Origin: Bacteroidota bacterium
GTDB taxonomy: Bacteria > Bacteroidota > Bacteroidia > Cytophagales > Cyclobacteriaceae
DNA: 64,000 bases
Direction: 5' to 3'
Assembly (NCBI GenBank): GCA_049324055.1
Contig: JBMOLS010000007.1
Coordinates: 32,493-96,492, forward strand
The notes beneath the pieces are model-generated. The model was not told the DNA's origin. It searched no databases and saw nothing but the letters and a program-made list of their open reading frames with translations. The stretch's first letter is position 1. Each line of letters starts with the position of its first letter. The position numbers were made by a program, and so were the translations under genes. Of this stretch, positions 27,130-36,387 are shown one piece after another.

Positions 27130-28533
27130 ATGAAAAAATTTCAGATAACTACCACGCAGCGCAGCCTGCTGGCCGATACGCTCACACCAGTAAACATCTA
27201 CCTGAAGCTGCGCGATGTGTTTGCGGGCACCATCCTGCTGGAGAGTTCCGATTATCACGGCCATGAAAACAGCTTGTCGGTTATTGGCTGCGACCCGGTG
27301 GCCTCGTTCGTGGTGAAGAACGATGTATGCGAAATGGAATACCCCGATGGCACCACGCAAACCGCACAGGTGGGGCAGCCGGGCCAGTTTATTGGGTTAC
27401 TCGAGGCATTCCGCACGGCATTTCAACCCGACCGCACCGTGCAGCTGAAATACATGAACAGCGGGCTGTTTGGTTACATGGCGTACGATGCCATTCCCTT
27501 GTTCGAAGACATTTCTTTTGCCGATCGCGACAAACAGATACCCGATGTGGTGTACAAGTTCTACCGTTACATCATTGTGGTAGATCATTTTTCCAACGAG
27601 ATGGCGCTGTACGAGCATGCGGTAGCGGGTAGTAAGGGAGTGGGTCTGGCGCGGCTGGAGCAGATTATTTACAGTAACCGCTTCTCCACCTACCCGTTTG
27701 ACCGTACCGGCAAGGAACAATCTAATTTTACCGATGAAGAATTTTTGGAAATCATTGAAAAGGGAAAACAGCACTGCTACCGAGGCGATGTATTTCAGAT
27801 CGTATTGTCGCGCAGGTTTGAGTGCACGTTCCGGGGCGATGAGTTCAATGTGTACCGGGCGCTGCGCTCCATCAACCCATCTCCCTACCTTTTTTATTTC
27901 GACTATGGCAGCTTCAAGCTGATGGGCTCTTCGCCCGAGGCGCAGTTGCAGGTAAAGAACGGGTCGGCTTTCATTTATCCCATTGCCGGTACCTTTCGCA
28001 GGTCGGGCAACGATTTGGAAGACCAGGCATTGGCAGAGAAACTGATGGCCGATGAAAAAGAGAATGCAGAGCACGTGATGCTGGTAGACCTGGCCCGCAA
28101 CGACATGAGTCGCCATGCAGAGGCCGTAAAAGTGGAGGTGTTTAAAGAGATACAATTCTATTCGCACGTTATTCACCTGGTATCGAAGGTAAGTGGCCGC
28201 ATTCGCGAGGGCGCTTCGGTGGTGCACATGGCAGCCGACACGTTTCCGGCCGGCACGCTTTCGGGTGCACCCAAGCACAAAGCAATGACGTTGATCAACC
28301 GCTTCGAGAATGTAAATCGCGGCTACTACGGTGGTGCCATCGGCTTTCTGGGTTTCGATGGCTCTTTTAATCATGCCATCATGATCCGAACCTTCCTGAG
28401 TAAAGGCAACCGGCTGGTGTACCAGGCAGGTGCCGGTATTGTGGCGAAGTCGGCAGCGGAAAGTGAACTGAATGAAGTGAACAATAAACTGGCCGCGCTG
28501 CGCAAGTCGCTGGAGCTGGCCGAAAAACTATAA
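27130..28533 (+). CDS. trpE: anthranilate synthase component I
   Basis: 467 aa. LLESS near the N-terminus and chorismate-binding motifs (GAPKHKAMTLI, RGYYGGAIGF). Confidence 0.93.
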   Translation: MKKFQITTTQRSLLADTLTPVNIYLKLRDVFAGTILLESSDYHGHENSLSVIGCDPVASFVVKNDVCEMEYPDGTTQTAQVGQPGQFIGLLEAFRTAFQPDRTVQLKYMNSGLFGYMAYDAIPLFEDISFADRDKQIPDVVYKFYRYIIVVDHFSNEMALYEHAVAGSKGVGLARLEQIIYSNRFSTYPFDRTGKEQSNFTDEEFLEIIEKGKQHCYRGDVFQIVLSRRFECTFRGDEFNVYRALRSINPSPYLFYFDYGSFKLMGSSPEAQLQVKNGSAFIYPIAGTFRRSGNDLEDQALAEKLMADEKENAEHVMLVDLARNDMSRHAEAVKVEVFKEIQFYSHVIHLVSKVSGRIREGASVVHMAADTFPAGTLSGAPKHKAMTLINRFENVNRGYYGGAIGFLGFDGSFNHAIMIRTFLSKGNRLVYQAGAGIVAKSAAESELNEVNNKLAALRKSLELAEKL

Positions 28534-28542
28534 TGCAAGAAG

Positions 28543-29112
28543 ATGAAGATACTGGTATTAGATAACTACGATTCGTTTACCTACAACCTGGTGCACGTGG
28601 TGCGCGAACTGGGCTTTACGCCCGATGTGTACCGCAACGACAAGATTGCACTGGAGGCAGTGGCGCAGTACGATAAGATTTTGCTTTCCCCCGGCCCGGG
28701 CATTCCCGATGAGGCGGGAATCATGAAAGAGGTGATACGAACGTATGGGCTGAGCAAAAGCATTCTGGGTATTTGCCTGGGGCATCAGGGCCTGGCCGAA
28801 GTGTACGGGGCATCGCTCTTTAACATTCCCAACGTGTTGCATGGCGTTACGTCTCCTGTTACGGTGCTCGACAACGAGGAGCTATTATTTCGCGGGGTAG
28901 CCCAACCGTTTCAGGCCACGCATTACCATTCGTGGGCAGTGAGGCCAGACAGCATTACACCCGAATTGATCGTGACGGCCACGAATCCAGAAGGGCTGAT
29001 TATGGGGTTGCGCCACCGTCAGCACGATGTGCGCGGGCTCCAGTTTCACCCCGAGTCTATCATGACAACCGAGGGCCCCAAAATGATCGGCAATTGGTTA
29101 GGAAAACAATAA
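28543..29112 (+). CDS. trpG: anthranilate synthase component II (glutamine amidotransferase)
   Basis: 189 aa. LDNYDSFTYNL, GICLGHQ (catalytic Cys) and FHPES. Confidence 0.9.
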   Translation: MKILVLDNYDSFTYNLVHVVRELGFTPDVYRNDKIALEAVAQYDKILLSPGPGIPDEAGIMKEVIRTYGLSKSILGICLGHQGLAEVYGASLFNIPNVLHGVTSPVTVLDNEELLFRGVAQPFQATHYHSWAVRPDSITPELIVTATNPEGLIMGLRHRQHDVRGLQFHPESIMTTEGPKMIGNWLGKQ

Positions 29113-29155
29113 GGAGGGGAGGAACGAGAATTCAAAAAATCGGAGGAACCAGACC

Positions 29156-30139
29156 ATGAAGGAAATACTCAACGAACTAATCAACCACCAGTCGCTGAAC
29201 AAAGAAGCGGCCCGGCAGGTTTTGGTGGACATTGCTTCTGCCAAGTACAATGCCAGCCAGGTGTCGGCTTTCATGACCGTGTACATGATGCGTACCGTTA
29301 CGGTGGATGAATTGCAGGGCTTCCGCGATGCCATGTTGGAGTTGTGCGTGCCCGCGCGCTTCGATGCACCAGTGATGGATGTATGCGGCACCGGGGGTGA
29401 TGGCAAGAATACCTTTAACATCTCTACGCTCTCGTCTTTTGTGGTGGCCGCTGCCGGGCAGCCGGTAGCCAAACATGGCAACTATGGGGTTTCGTCCATC
29501 AGCGGGTCGAGCAATATCCTCGAGTATTTCAAATACCCTTTCACCAACCAGGTAGACGACTTAAAAAGGAGTCTGGACAGGGCGAACATCTGTTTCATGC
29601 ATGCGCCCTTGTTTCACCCGGCCATGAAAAACGTGGCGCCCATCCGCAAGGAGCTGGGCGTAAAAACATTTTTTAACATGTTGGGGCCCATGGTGAATCC
29701 CGCCTTTCCAACGCGGCAACTGGTGGGCGTTTTCAGCCTGGAGCTGGCCCGGCAGTATGGCTACCTCTATCAACAAACCGAAAAAAATTACCTGATACTG
29801 CACGCCATCGATGGCTATGATGAAGTGTCGCTGACGGGTGCGGTAAAATACTACGCGAACCAGGGCGAATACCTGGTAGAGCCCAAAGACATGGGGTTGC
29901 GTAAATGGCGGTCGGATGATATCCGCGGAGGAACTACCGTGGAGGAATCGGCCAGGATTTTTCTCTCCATTCTGGAGGGCAAGGGCACCGAAGCGCAAAA
30001 CCAGGTGGTGGCGGCCAATGCCGGCATGGCTTTGCACGCGGCCAATCTCAACCTGAATATTGCCGAGGCGGTGGCAATGGCGTTGGAGGTTTTATTAAGG
30101 GGCGATGCCTATCAGGCATTTAAAAGATTAATGCAATGA
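29156..30139 (+). CDS. trpD: anthranilate phosphoribosyltransferase
   Basis: 327 aa. CGTGGDGKNTFNIST and KHGN motifs. Confidence 0.92.
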   Translation: MKEILNELINHQSLNKEAARQVLVDIASAKYNASQVSAFMTVYMMRTVTVDELQGFRDAMLELCVPARFDAPVMDVCGTGGDGKNTFNISTLSSFVVAAAGQPVAKHGNYGVSSISGSSNILEYFKYPFTNQVDDLKRSLDRANICFMHAPLFHPAMKNVAPIRKELGVKTFFNMLGPMVNPAFPTRQLVGVFSLELARQYGYLYQQTEKNYLILHAIDGYDEVSLTGAVKYYANQGEYLVEPKDMGLRKWRSDDIRGGTTVEESARIFLSILEGKGTEAQNQVVAANAGMALHAANLNLNIAEAVAMALEVLLRGDAYQAFKRLMQ

Positions 30140-30948
30140 CGAAGACCATGAACATACTCGATGAAATTGTGCTGCACAAACAGCGGGAGGTAGCCGAACG
30201 GAAACAACAACGTCCGCTGTCGCAATTGGAAGACAGCCCTTACTTTAAACGCGAGCCTTATTCTTTGCGCCACTTTTTGGTACGTGCCGACAAAACTGGC
30301 ATCATTGCCGAGTTTAAACGCAAATCACCTTCCAGGGGAGTAATCAATGGATCGGCCTCGGTAGCGCAAGTGGTGGCAGGTTATACCGCTGCCGGTGCGT
30401 CAGCCATTTCGGTTTTGTCTGATCATACTTTTTTTGGAGGAAGCACGGAAGACGTAATGATGGCCAGACTGGCAACCAATTGCCCGATTTTGCGGAAAGA
30501 TTTTGTGATAGACGAGTATCAGGTAGTGGAGGCGAAATCCATGGGTGCCGATGTTATTCTTTTGATAGCGGCCATTCTAACGCCTGCGCAGGCAACACAG
30601 TTGGCCCAGGTTGCACATGGGCTGGGTATGGAGGTTTTGCTGGAAGTACACAATGAAGAAGAGTTGCAGTTGCACCAACACATAGGTGCCGATGTGATCG
30701 GGGTAAACAACCGGAACCTGAAAACGTTCGAAGTGGACGTAGCGACTTCGCTCCGGCTGGCGCAATTGATTCCGCAGGAAATAATAAAAGTATCGGAGAG
30801 CGGACTTAGCGAACCCGAAACGGTTGTTAAGCTGCGGTCGGCCGGCTATCGCGGGTTTTTAATGGGAGAGAACTTTATGAAGCATGCGCACCCCGAGCAG
30901 GCTGCCCAGGCATTCATGGACGCCTTGCGAAAGTTAAGTAAGAAATGA
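30136..30948 (+). CDS. trpC: indole-3-glycerol-phosphate synthase
   Basis: 270 aa. IAEFKRKSPS, KDF and INNRNL-type motifs. Overlaps the trpD stop by 4 nt. Confidence 0.92.
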   Translation: MTKTMNILDEIVLHKQREVAERKQQRPLSQLEDSPYFKREPYSLRHFLVRADKTGIIAEFKRKSPSRGVINGSASVAQVVAGYTAAGASAISVLSDHTFFGGSTEDVMMARLATNCPILRKDFVIDEYQVVEAKSMGADVILLIAAILTPAQATQLAQVAHGLGMEVLLEVHNEEELQLHQHIGADVIGVNNRNLKTFEVDVATSLRLAQLIPQEIIKVSESGLSEPETVVKLRSAGYRGFLMGENFMKHAHPEQAAQAFMDALRKLSKK

Positions 30949-31589
30949 TGCGCGATCGGAAAGTAAAATTAAAAGTCTGTGGCATGAAGTTCCACGAGAA
31001 CATCCAAAGCATCAGCGAGGTGCAACCGGACTACATGGGCTTTATCTTTTACCCAATGTCGCCCCGCTTTGTGGGCGAGGCTTTCAGCGCTCCCAATATA
31101 TCGCCCCACATCCAAATGGTAGGTGTTTTCGTGAATGAAGAAGAAGAGAACATTCTCCGCAAGAGCAGGCTGCTCGGGTCGGATGTCGTTCAACTGCATG
31201 GGCAGGAGAGCGCCACGCTCTGTGGCCGGCTGCAGGAGCAGGGGAAGACAGTGATCAAGGCCTTTGCCATGCACCCTCACTTTGACTTCGAGCTGTTAAC
31301 ACCCTACGAGCACGTGGTAGATTACTTTCTGTTTGATACAAAAGGCAAACAGCCTGGTGGAAACGCTTTTTCATTCGATTGGTCCTTACTGAAGCAATAC
31401 CACCAGCGCATTCCTTTTTTTCTCAGTGGGGGATTAAACAAACACAACATCGCACAATTAAATGAAGTACTTTCGATGAACCTGCACGCACTCGACATCA
31501 ACAGTGGGGCAGAAGTGTCAGCGGGATTGAAAGATAAAAGTGAAGTGGCGGCAATCAAGAGATGGTTAGATGATTTGAACAACAGTTAA
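30945..31589 (+). CDS. trpF: phosphoribosylanthranilate isomerase
   Basis: 214 aa. KVCGM near the N-terminus, VQLHG, and DINSGAE at the C-terminus. Overlaps the trpC stop by 4 nt. Confidence 0.9.
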   Translation: MMRDRKVKLKVCGMKFHENIQSISEVQPDYMGFIFYPMSPRFVGEAFSAPNISPHIQMVGVFVNEEEENILRKSRLLGSDVVQLHGQESATLCGRLQEQGKTVIKAFAMHPHFDFELLTPYEHVVDYFLFDTKGKQPGGNAFSFDWSLLKQYHQRIPFFLSGGLNKHNIAQLNEVLSMNLHALDINSGAEVSAGLKDKSEVAAIKRWLDDLNNS

Positions 31590-31599
31590 AACAGAGGTT

Positions 31600-32784
31600 A
31601 TGCAAAAATACCAGGTGAACGAAGAAGGGTACTATGGCGATTTTGGCGGTGCCTACATTCCGGAAATGTTGTATCCCAATGTAGAAGAGCTGCGCACAAA
31701 CTACCTGCAGTGGATGCAACAGGAAGATTTTCGAAAAGAGTTCGATGCTTTGCTGCGCGATTACGTGGGCAGGCCCACTCCGCTGTTCAAGGCAGAACGA
31801 CTATCGGACAAGTATAAAAGCAACATCTACCTGAAGCGTGAGGACCTCTGCCACACGGGAGCGCACAAAATCAACAACACCATTGGTCAGATCTTGCTGG
31901 CCAAGCGCCTCGGGAAGAAGAAAATCATTGCCGAGACAGGCGCAGGCCAGCATGGTGTGGCAACGGCTACGGTTTGTGCGCTCATGGGCATTGAATGCAC
32001 TGTTTACATGGGTGAACTGGACATGCAAAGGCAGCGGCCCAACGTGGAGCGCATGCGCATACTGGGGGCAAAGGTAATCCCCGCGCTGAGCGGCAACAAA
32101 ACACTGAAAGATGCCACCAACGAGGCCATGCGTCACTGGATCAACAACCCTACCGACACGCACTACATCATTGGTTCGGTAGTGGGGCCACATCCTTACC
32201 CCGATATGGTGGCGCGTTTCCAGTCGGTGATCAGCGAGGAAATCAAAGCGCAGCTTACGGAACTGCTCGGTCACCCTTATCCGGATTACGTGGTGGCGTG
32301 TGTGGGGGGCGGCAGCAATGCAGCGGGCGCTTTTTATCATTTTTTGAACGATGAGCACGTGCAACTGGTAGGGGCCGAAGCGGCCGGAAAAGGCGTAGAC
32401 TCGGGCGAGTCGGCTGCCACCACGGCCTTGGGTAAGCCGGGTGTGCTGCACGGCAGCAAAACGTTGCTGATGCAAACGGAAGACGGGCAAGTGATTGAAC
32501 CCTATTCTATTTCTGCCGGCCTCGACTACCCCGGCATCGGGCCGTTGCACGCACACCTGTTTACGGAAGGGCGGGTGCAGTTCCTCAGCGCTACCGATGA
32601 AGAAGCCATGCAGGCGGGCATCGAACTGAGTCGGCTTGAAGGCATTATACCTGCCATCGAGTCGGCACATGCACTGGCCGTGCTGCCTCAGTTGCCGTTG
32701 CAAAGCGAAGACGTGGTGGTCATCAATTTATCGGGCCGTGGCGATAAGGATTTAGAGACGTATATTCGGTGGGGTAAATACTAA
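31600..32784 (+). CDS. trpB: tryptophan synthase beta chain
   Basis: 394 aa. The PLP-lysine motif is HTGAHKINN, followed by GGGSNA. Confidence 0.95.
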   Translation: MQKYQVNEEGYYGDFGGAYIPEMLYPNVEELRTNYLQWMQQEDFRKEFDALLRDYVGRPTPLFKAERLSDKYKSNIYLKREDLCHTGAHKINNTIGQILLAKRLGKKKIIAETGAGQHGVATATVCALMGIECTVYMGELDMQRQRPNVERMRILGAKVIPALSGNKTLKDATNEAMRHWINNPTDTHYIIGSVVGPHPYPDMVARFQSVISEEIKAQLTELLGHPYPDYVVACVGGGSNAAGAFYHFLNDEHVQLVGAEAAGKGVDSGESAATTALGKPGVLHGSKTLLMQTEDGQVIEPYSISAGLDYPGIGPLHAHLFTEGRVQFLSATDEEAMQAGIELSRLEGIIPAIESAHALAVLPQLPLQSEDVVVINLSGRGDKDLETYIRWGKY

Positions 32785-32788
32785 TGTT

Positions 32789-33715
32789 ATGAAGCAAGTC
32801 TTTTGGAAGTGGCATGGTTTCAGCGTTGCAGCCGTTGGCTGTGCTTTCGTTGTTTTGCTGTCGTGTGCGCAACGCGAAGAAAAGCTAAGTGAGGCAGCAC
32901 ATCAACAAGAAGTCGATGCGTGGTTCGAGGATCGGATCCGCAACTTAAAAGATACCACCGGCTGGCTGAACCTGGTGGGCCTTTACTGGTTGCAGGAAGG
33001 CATTAACACCTTCGGCAGCGCTGCAACCAATCAGGTAGTTTTTCCTGCGGGCACCATCGCGGCCGATGCAGGTTATTTTTTGGTAAAGAACGGAGTAGTA
33101 ACCATGAATGTGAACACGGGAGTGCCAATCACCTCCCGGGGTGCGGCCGTTACATCAATGGTGGTATTTCACCCCGACTCTGCACGGTTGCCGCGCGTGG
33201 AGCACGGTTCGCTGCAGTGGTTCATCATCCAACGCGACAACCAGGTGGGCGTACGCCTGCGCGATTTACACAGTGCCGCAGTGTCTCGGTTCAAAGGCAT
33301 TGAAAGATATCCGGTGGATTTGCAGTGGAGGGTAGAAGCCTCCTTCGAACCCACCGAAGGCAAGACCATTGACATCACCAACGTATTAGGCCAAACCGTA
33401 CCCACGCCATCGCCCGGTGTTCTCACGTTTCAAATAGACGGAAAGAAATATTCGATTGACGCATTGGAGGGTGGCGATGAGCTCTTCCTCATTTTCGCTG
33501 ACGATACCAATGGAAAAGAAACCTACCCGGCCGGGAGGTATTTGTATGTGAAGAAGCCCGGAGCAGACAATAAGGTGGTCATCGACTTTAACAAGGCCTA
33601 CAACCCGCCCTGTGCCTTTACGCCCTTTGCCACGTGCCCGCTTCCGCCCCGGCAAAATGTATTGGCACTGGCTGTTACGGCCGGTGAAAAAAATTACGAA
33701 GGAAACAAGCACTAA
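32789..33715 (+). CDS. DUF1684 domain lipoprotein, embedded between trpB and trpA
   Basis: 308 aa. Signal with lipobox (VVLLSC). The C-terminal DFNKAYNPPCAFTPFATCPLPPRQN...AGEKNY is the DUF1684 signature. It starts 4 nt after trpB and ends 22 nt before trpA. Confidence 0.75.
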   Translation: MKQVFWKWHGFSVAAVGCAFVVLLSCAQREEKLSEAAHQQEVDAWFEDRIRNLKDTTGWLNLVGLYWLQEGINTFGSAATNQVVFPAGTIAADAGYFLVKNGVVTMNVNTGVPITSRGAAVTSMVVFHPDSARLPRVEHGSLQWFIIQRDNQVGVRLRDLHSAAVSRFKGIERYPVDLQWRVEASFEPTEGKTIDITNVLGQTVPTPSPGVLTFQIDGKKYSIDALEGGDELFLIFADDTNGKETYPAGRYLYVKKPGADNKVVIDFNKAYNPPCAFTPFATCPLPPRQNVLALAVTAGEKNYEGNKH

Positions 33716-33737
33716 GTGTTGCCAACATTGCCTACGC

Positions 33738-34523
33738 ATGAATCGACTTCAAAATCTCTTCAAGAAAAAAAACACAAACCTTTTATCGGTTTTTTATACG
33801 GCCGGTTATCCCAACCTGAATGACACGGTGCCCATAGGGGTGGCGTTGCAGAAAGCCGGTGCCGATCTGATTGAAATAGGCATACCCTTTTCCGACCCGG
33901 TGGCCGATGGCCCCACCATTCAGGAAAGCAACAAGGTAGCCATCGACAACGGTATTCACGTAAAACGCATCTTGCAACAAGTGCAGGAGCTGCGGCAGCA
34001 GGTGCAGATGCCCATTATTTTGATGGGCTACTTGAACCCGGTGTTGCAGTACGGAATGGAGCAATTCTGTGCGGATGCGTCCGCGGCTGGTGCCGATGGT
34101 TGTATTTTTCCCGACATGCCGTGGCACGATTACGAAAAACAGTACAAAACGCTGTTTCAAAAATCGGGCTTGTCGCATATTTTTTTGATAGCGCCAACCA
34201 CGGCTGCCGCGCGCATCGAGCGCATCGATGCCGCCACCGATAGCTTTATCTATGCTGTATCCGCTTCGAGCACTACCGGCACACGGGGTAGCTTTACCCC
34301 CGAGCAACTGACTTACTTTCAGCGACTAAAGGAGGCCCAACTCAAGAACCCGTTTCTGGTGGGCTTTGGGGTTGCCAACCACGAAACGTTTCGCACAGCC
34401 TGCAGGTATGGTGCCGGGGCCATTGTGGGGAGCGCTTTCATCCAATTGTTAAAATCGAAAGGAGGGGATGAGGCGGCCATTGCAGCTTTTGTGGCCGAAA
34501 TGAAAGGAGCCGCGCCCGAATAA
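33738..34523 (+). CDS. trpA: tryptophan synthase alpha chain
   Basis: Lies in ORF 33612-34523. The start is moved to MNRLQNLF (ATG 33738). Motifs are IEIGIPFSDPVADGPTIQ and GFGV. Confidence 0.9.
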   Translation: MNRLQNLFKKKNTNLLSVFYTAGYPNLNDTVPIGVALQKAGADLIEIGIPFSDPVADGPTIQESNKVAIDNGIHVKRILQQVQELRQQVQMPIILMGYLNPVLQYGMEQFCADASAAGADGCIFPDMPWHDYEKQYKTLFQKSGLSHIFLIAPTTAAARIERIDAATDSFIYAVSASSTTGTRGSFTPEQLTYFQRLKEAQLKNPFLVGFGVANHETFRTACRYGAGAIVGSAFIQLLKSKGGDEAAIAAFVAEMKGAAPE

Positions 34524-34565
34524 AAAATCGTCCTGTTTTCAGCGGGTTTTCCTATCTTCACCCGC

Positions 34566-34913
34566 ATGACAGTATATGGAATCAAGAACTGCAACACGGT
34601 AAAAGCGGCCCTGGACTGGCTGAAGAAAAATAAGGTTGCGTTCGACTTTCACGATTATAAAACCAAGGGCGTGACGGAGGAATTATTGAAGAGCTGGAGC
34701 AAGCAGGTAGGGTGGGAGAGCCTGGTGAACAAGCGAGGCACCACCTGGCGCCAGTTGGAGGAGTCGGTACAGAAAAAAATTACCAACGAAGCGGCTGCCA
34801 TACAGTTGATGCTGGAGAAAACGAGCGTCATCAAAAGACCGCTTATTGAAGAAAAGGGGAAGGTACTTACCCTGGGCTTTGACGAGCCTGCCTACCAGAA
34901 GTTATTTCAATAA
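34566..34913 (+). CDS. ArsC/Spx-family protein (YffB-like)
   Basis: 115 aa. The N-terminus is MTVYGIKNCNTVKKA-type, with the pattern WLKKNKVAFDFHDYK. Confidence 0.8.
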   Translation: MTVYGIKNCNTVKAALDWLKKNKVAFDFHDYKTKGVTEELLKSWSKQVGWESLVNKRGTTWRQLEESVQKKITNEAAAIQLMLEKTSVIKRPLIEEKGKVLTLGFDEPAYQKLFQ

Positions 34914-34986
34914 CCGGCAACACTTTTTGCAATGCCACCAGCGTTAACAGGCAGATTTCTTTTCCATTGATGGCCCCTTTCCGCGC

Positions 34987-36387
34987 ATGACGATTTCCTT
35001 CTCATCTTTGATTAAAACATTTTCGCTTTGGTCCGGCAGGGCAGGCGTGCGGCTCACGCTGCTGCTGTCGCTGATTTTCTTTTGGGCGGTGAGCACCTGG
35101 CTGCAAAATGAATATGGGCAGGATGACTCGAACCTGTGGATTGTGATGCGTTTGCTGCTGGTGCTGCTGCAGTGGACGGTGGTAGGACTTTTCGCTTTCA
35201 GCCTCTTGTCGGCTACGTTGATCTGGCTGTTGAGCAAGTCGAGGCAAAGGGCAGGGCGTTTGCAGGCACAGGTTACGCTGGGCGATGGCCGACAGGCCGA
35301 GGCCGGATGGGCGCCCGTCTCCATTCAGGTAACGGGCTTGACGTGGCGGCCGTTATTGGGCACCGTGCAGGCGCGGTTGCTTTTCTCGCAGCAGCGGCTC
35401 TCGGAGCGGATCTTGCTGGATACCAGTGTGCGCAAACCGCGAAGCATCGTGCGCGATGGCCTGCGGGGAGCGGGCCTCACCCTGCTGCACGACCGCGGTA
35501 TTTATGAAGTAGAGGCTGTGTTGATTTCCTTTTGCGACATGTTCGGACTGGTGTCGTTGCCGGTTACGCTGCCCTACGTACAGCAACTGGTTACGTTGCC
35601 GGTGGCGCAGCCTGCCGTACAGGTAAAGGCGCAACCCCATGCCGTGGAAGAGCAGAAGCACCGCATCGATATTCCGCGCAGGGTGGAGGGGGAGTATGTT
35701 AACTACAAGGAGTTTGAAACGGGCGACAACATTCAGCGCATTGTTTGGAAAATTTACGCCAAAAGCGGCCAGTTGGTGGTGCGCATTCCCGAAACCAAAG
35801 ATCCCTATGCCTCGCACCTGTATTTCTATGTGAGCTATTTTCTGGGAATGGGAACTCCGCAGGGCGCCTTTGAACAAGAACTGTTGAACGCTTACAAAGA
35901 CCGGCTGCGCAACCTGCTGGAAGCCTTGCAACGCAATGGCTACGATGTGCGCTTACAACACGACCAGGAGGTGCCGCGCCTGCAGGGCCAGGCCGACAAG
36001 AAAGATAGTTTGTTTCAGATAGCGGCTGCCTCGTGGCAAACCGAAACGCCACCGGCCGCATTCATTCAATATACCAAAGCTGCCTTTGTAGCGCTGCCTT
36101 CGCTGGTGCCCGCAACGGAGGTGGAAATTATTCTTAAAAACCTCCCGCTGTCGATTCCGGTTATCGTTATTCAATTGTCGGAGGTAATACCTTCACCGTT
36201 CCAGTTTACTTTTAAAGATATTTTCTTCAGGCCCGAAGAGCAGCCGACCGATCAATTGCGGCAGTCGTGGTTGTTGGCGCCTTTGCGCAGGGAGTTGCTG
36301 AAAAATGAAAAAAATATCGAGCGCCTGTTGAAACAAAGGGGCCATGCGTGGCTCACTAAAAACATTGAGACAGATGGAAGAGCGTAG
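34987..36387 (+). CDS. DUF58 domain membrane protein (MoxR-system partner)
   Basis: 466 aa with 2-3 N-terminal TM helices. The DUF58 core motif is GEYVNYKEFETGDNIQRIVWKIYAKSGQLVVRIPE. Confidence 0.75.
   Translation: MTISFSSLIKTFSLWSGRAGVRLTLLLSLIFFWAVSTWLQNEYGQDDSNLWIVMRLLLVLLQWTVVGLFAFSLLSATLIWLLSKSRQRAGRLQAQVTLGDGRQAEAGWAPVSIQVTGLTWRPLLGTVQARLLFSQQRLSERILLDTSVRKPRSIVRDGLRGAGLTLLHDRGIYEVEAVLISFCDMFGLVSLPVTLPYVQQLVTLPVAQPAVQVKAQPHAVEEQKHRIDIPRRVEGEYVNYKEFETGDNIQRIVWKIYAKSGQLVVRIPETKDPYASHLYFYVSYFLGMGTPQGAFEQELLNAYKDRLRNLLEALQRNGYDVRLQHDQEVPRLQGQADKKDSLFQIAAASWQTETPPAAFIQYTKAAFVALPSLVPATEVEIILKNLPLSIPVIVIQLSEVIPSPFQFTFKDIFFRPEEQPTDQLRQSWLLAPLRRELLKNEKNIERLLKQRGHAWLTKNIETDGRA

Noticed and set aside
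27397-28374. 325-aa ORF antisense to trpE. Similar long antisense or alternate-frame ORFs occur at 31801-32703 in trpB, 3510-4451 in the FtsX gene, 58875-59723 in ffh, 35353-35931 and 37646-38314 in the MoxR operon, and 62155-62907 in gntP.
   Set aside because: Each lies entirely inside a gene with strong motif support on the other strand or frame. The translations are Arg/His/Gly-rich and low in information, as expected from stop-codon depletion opposite GC-rich codons.
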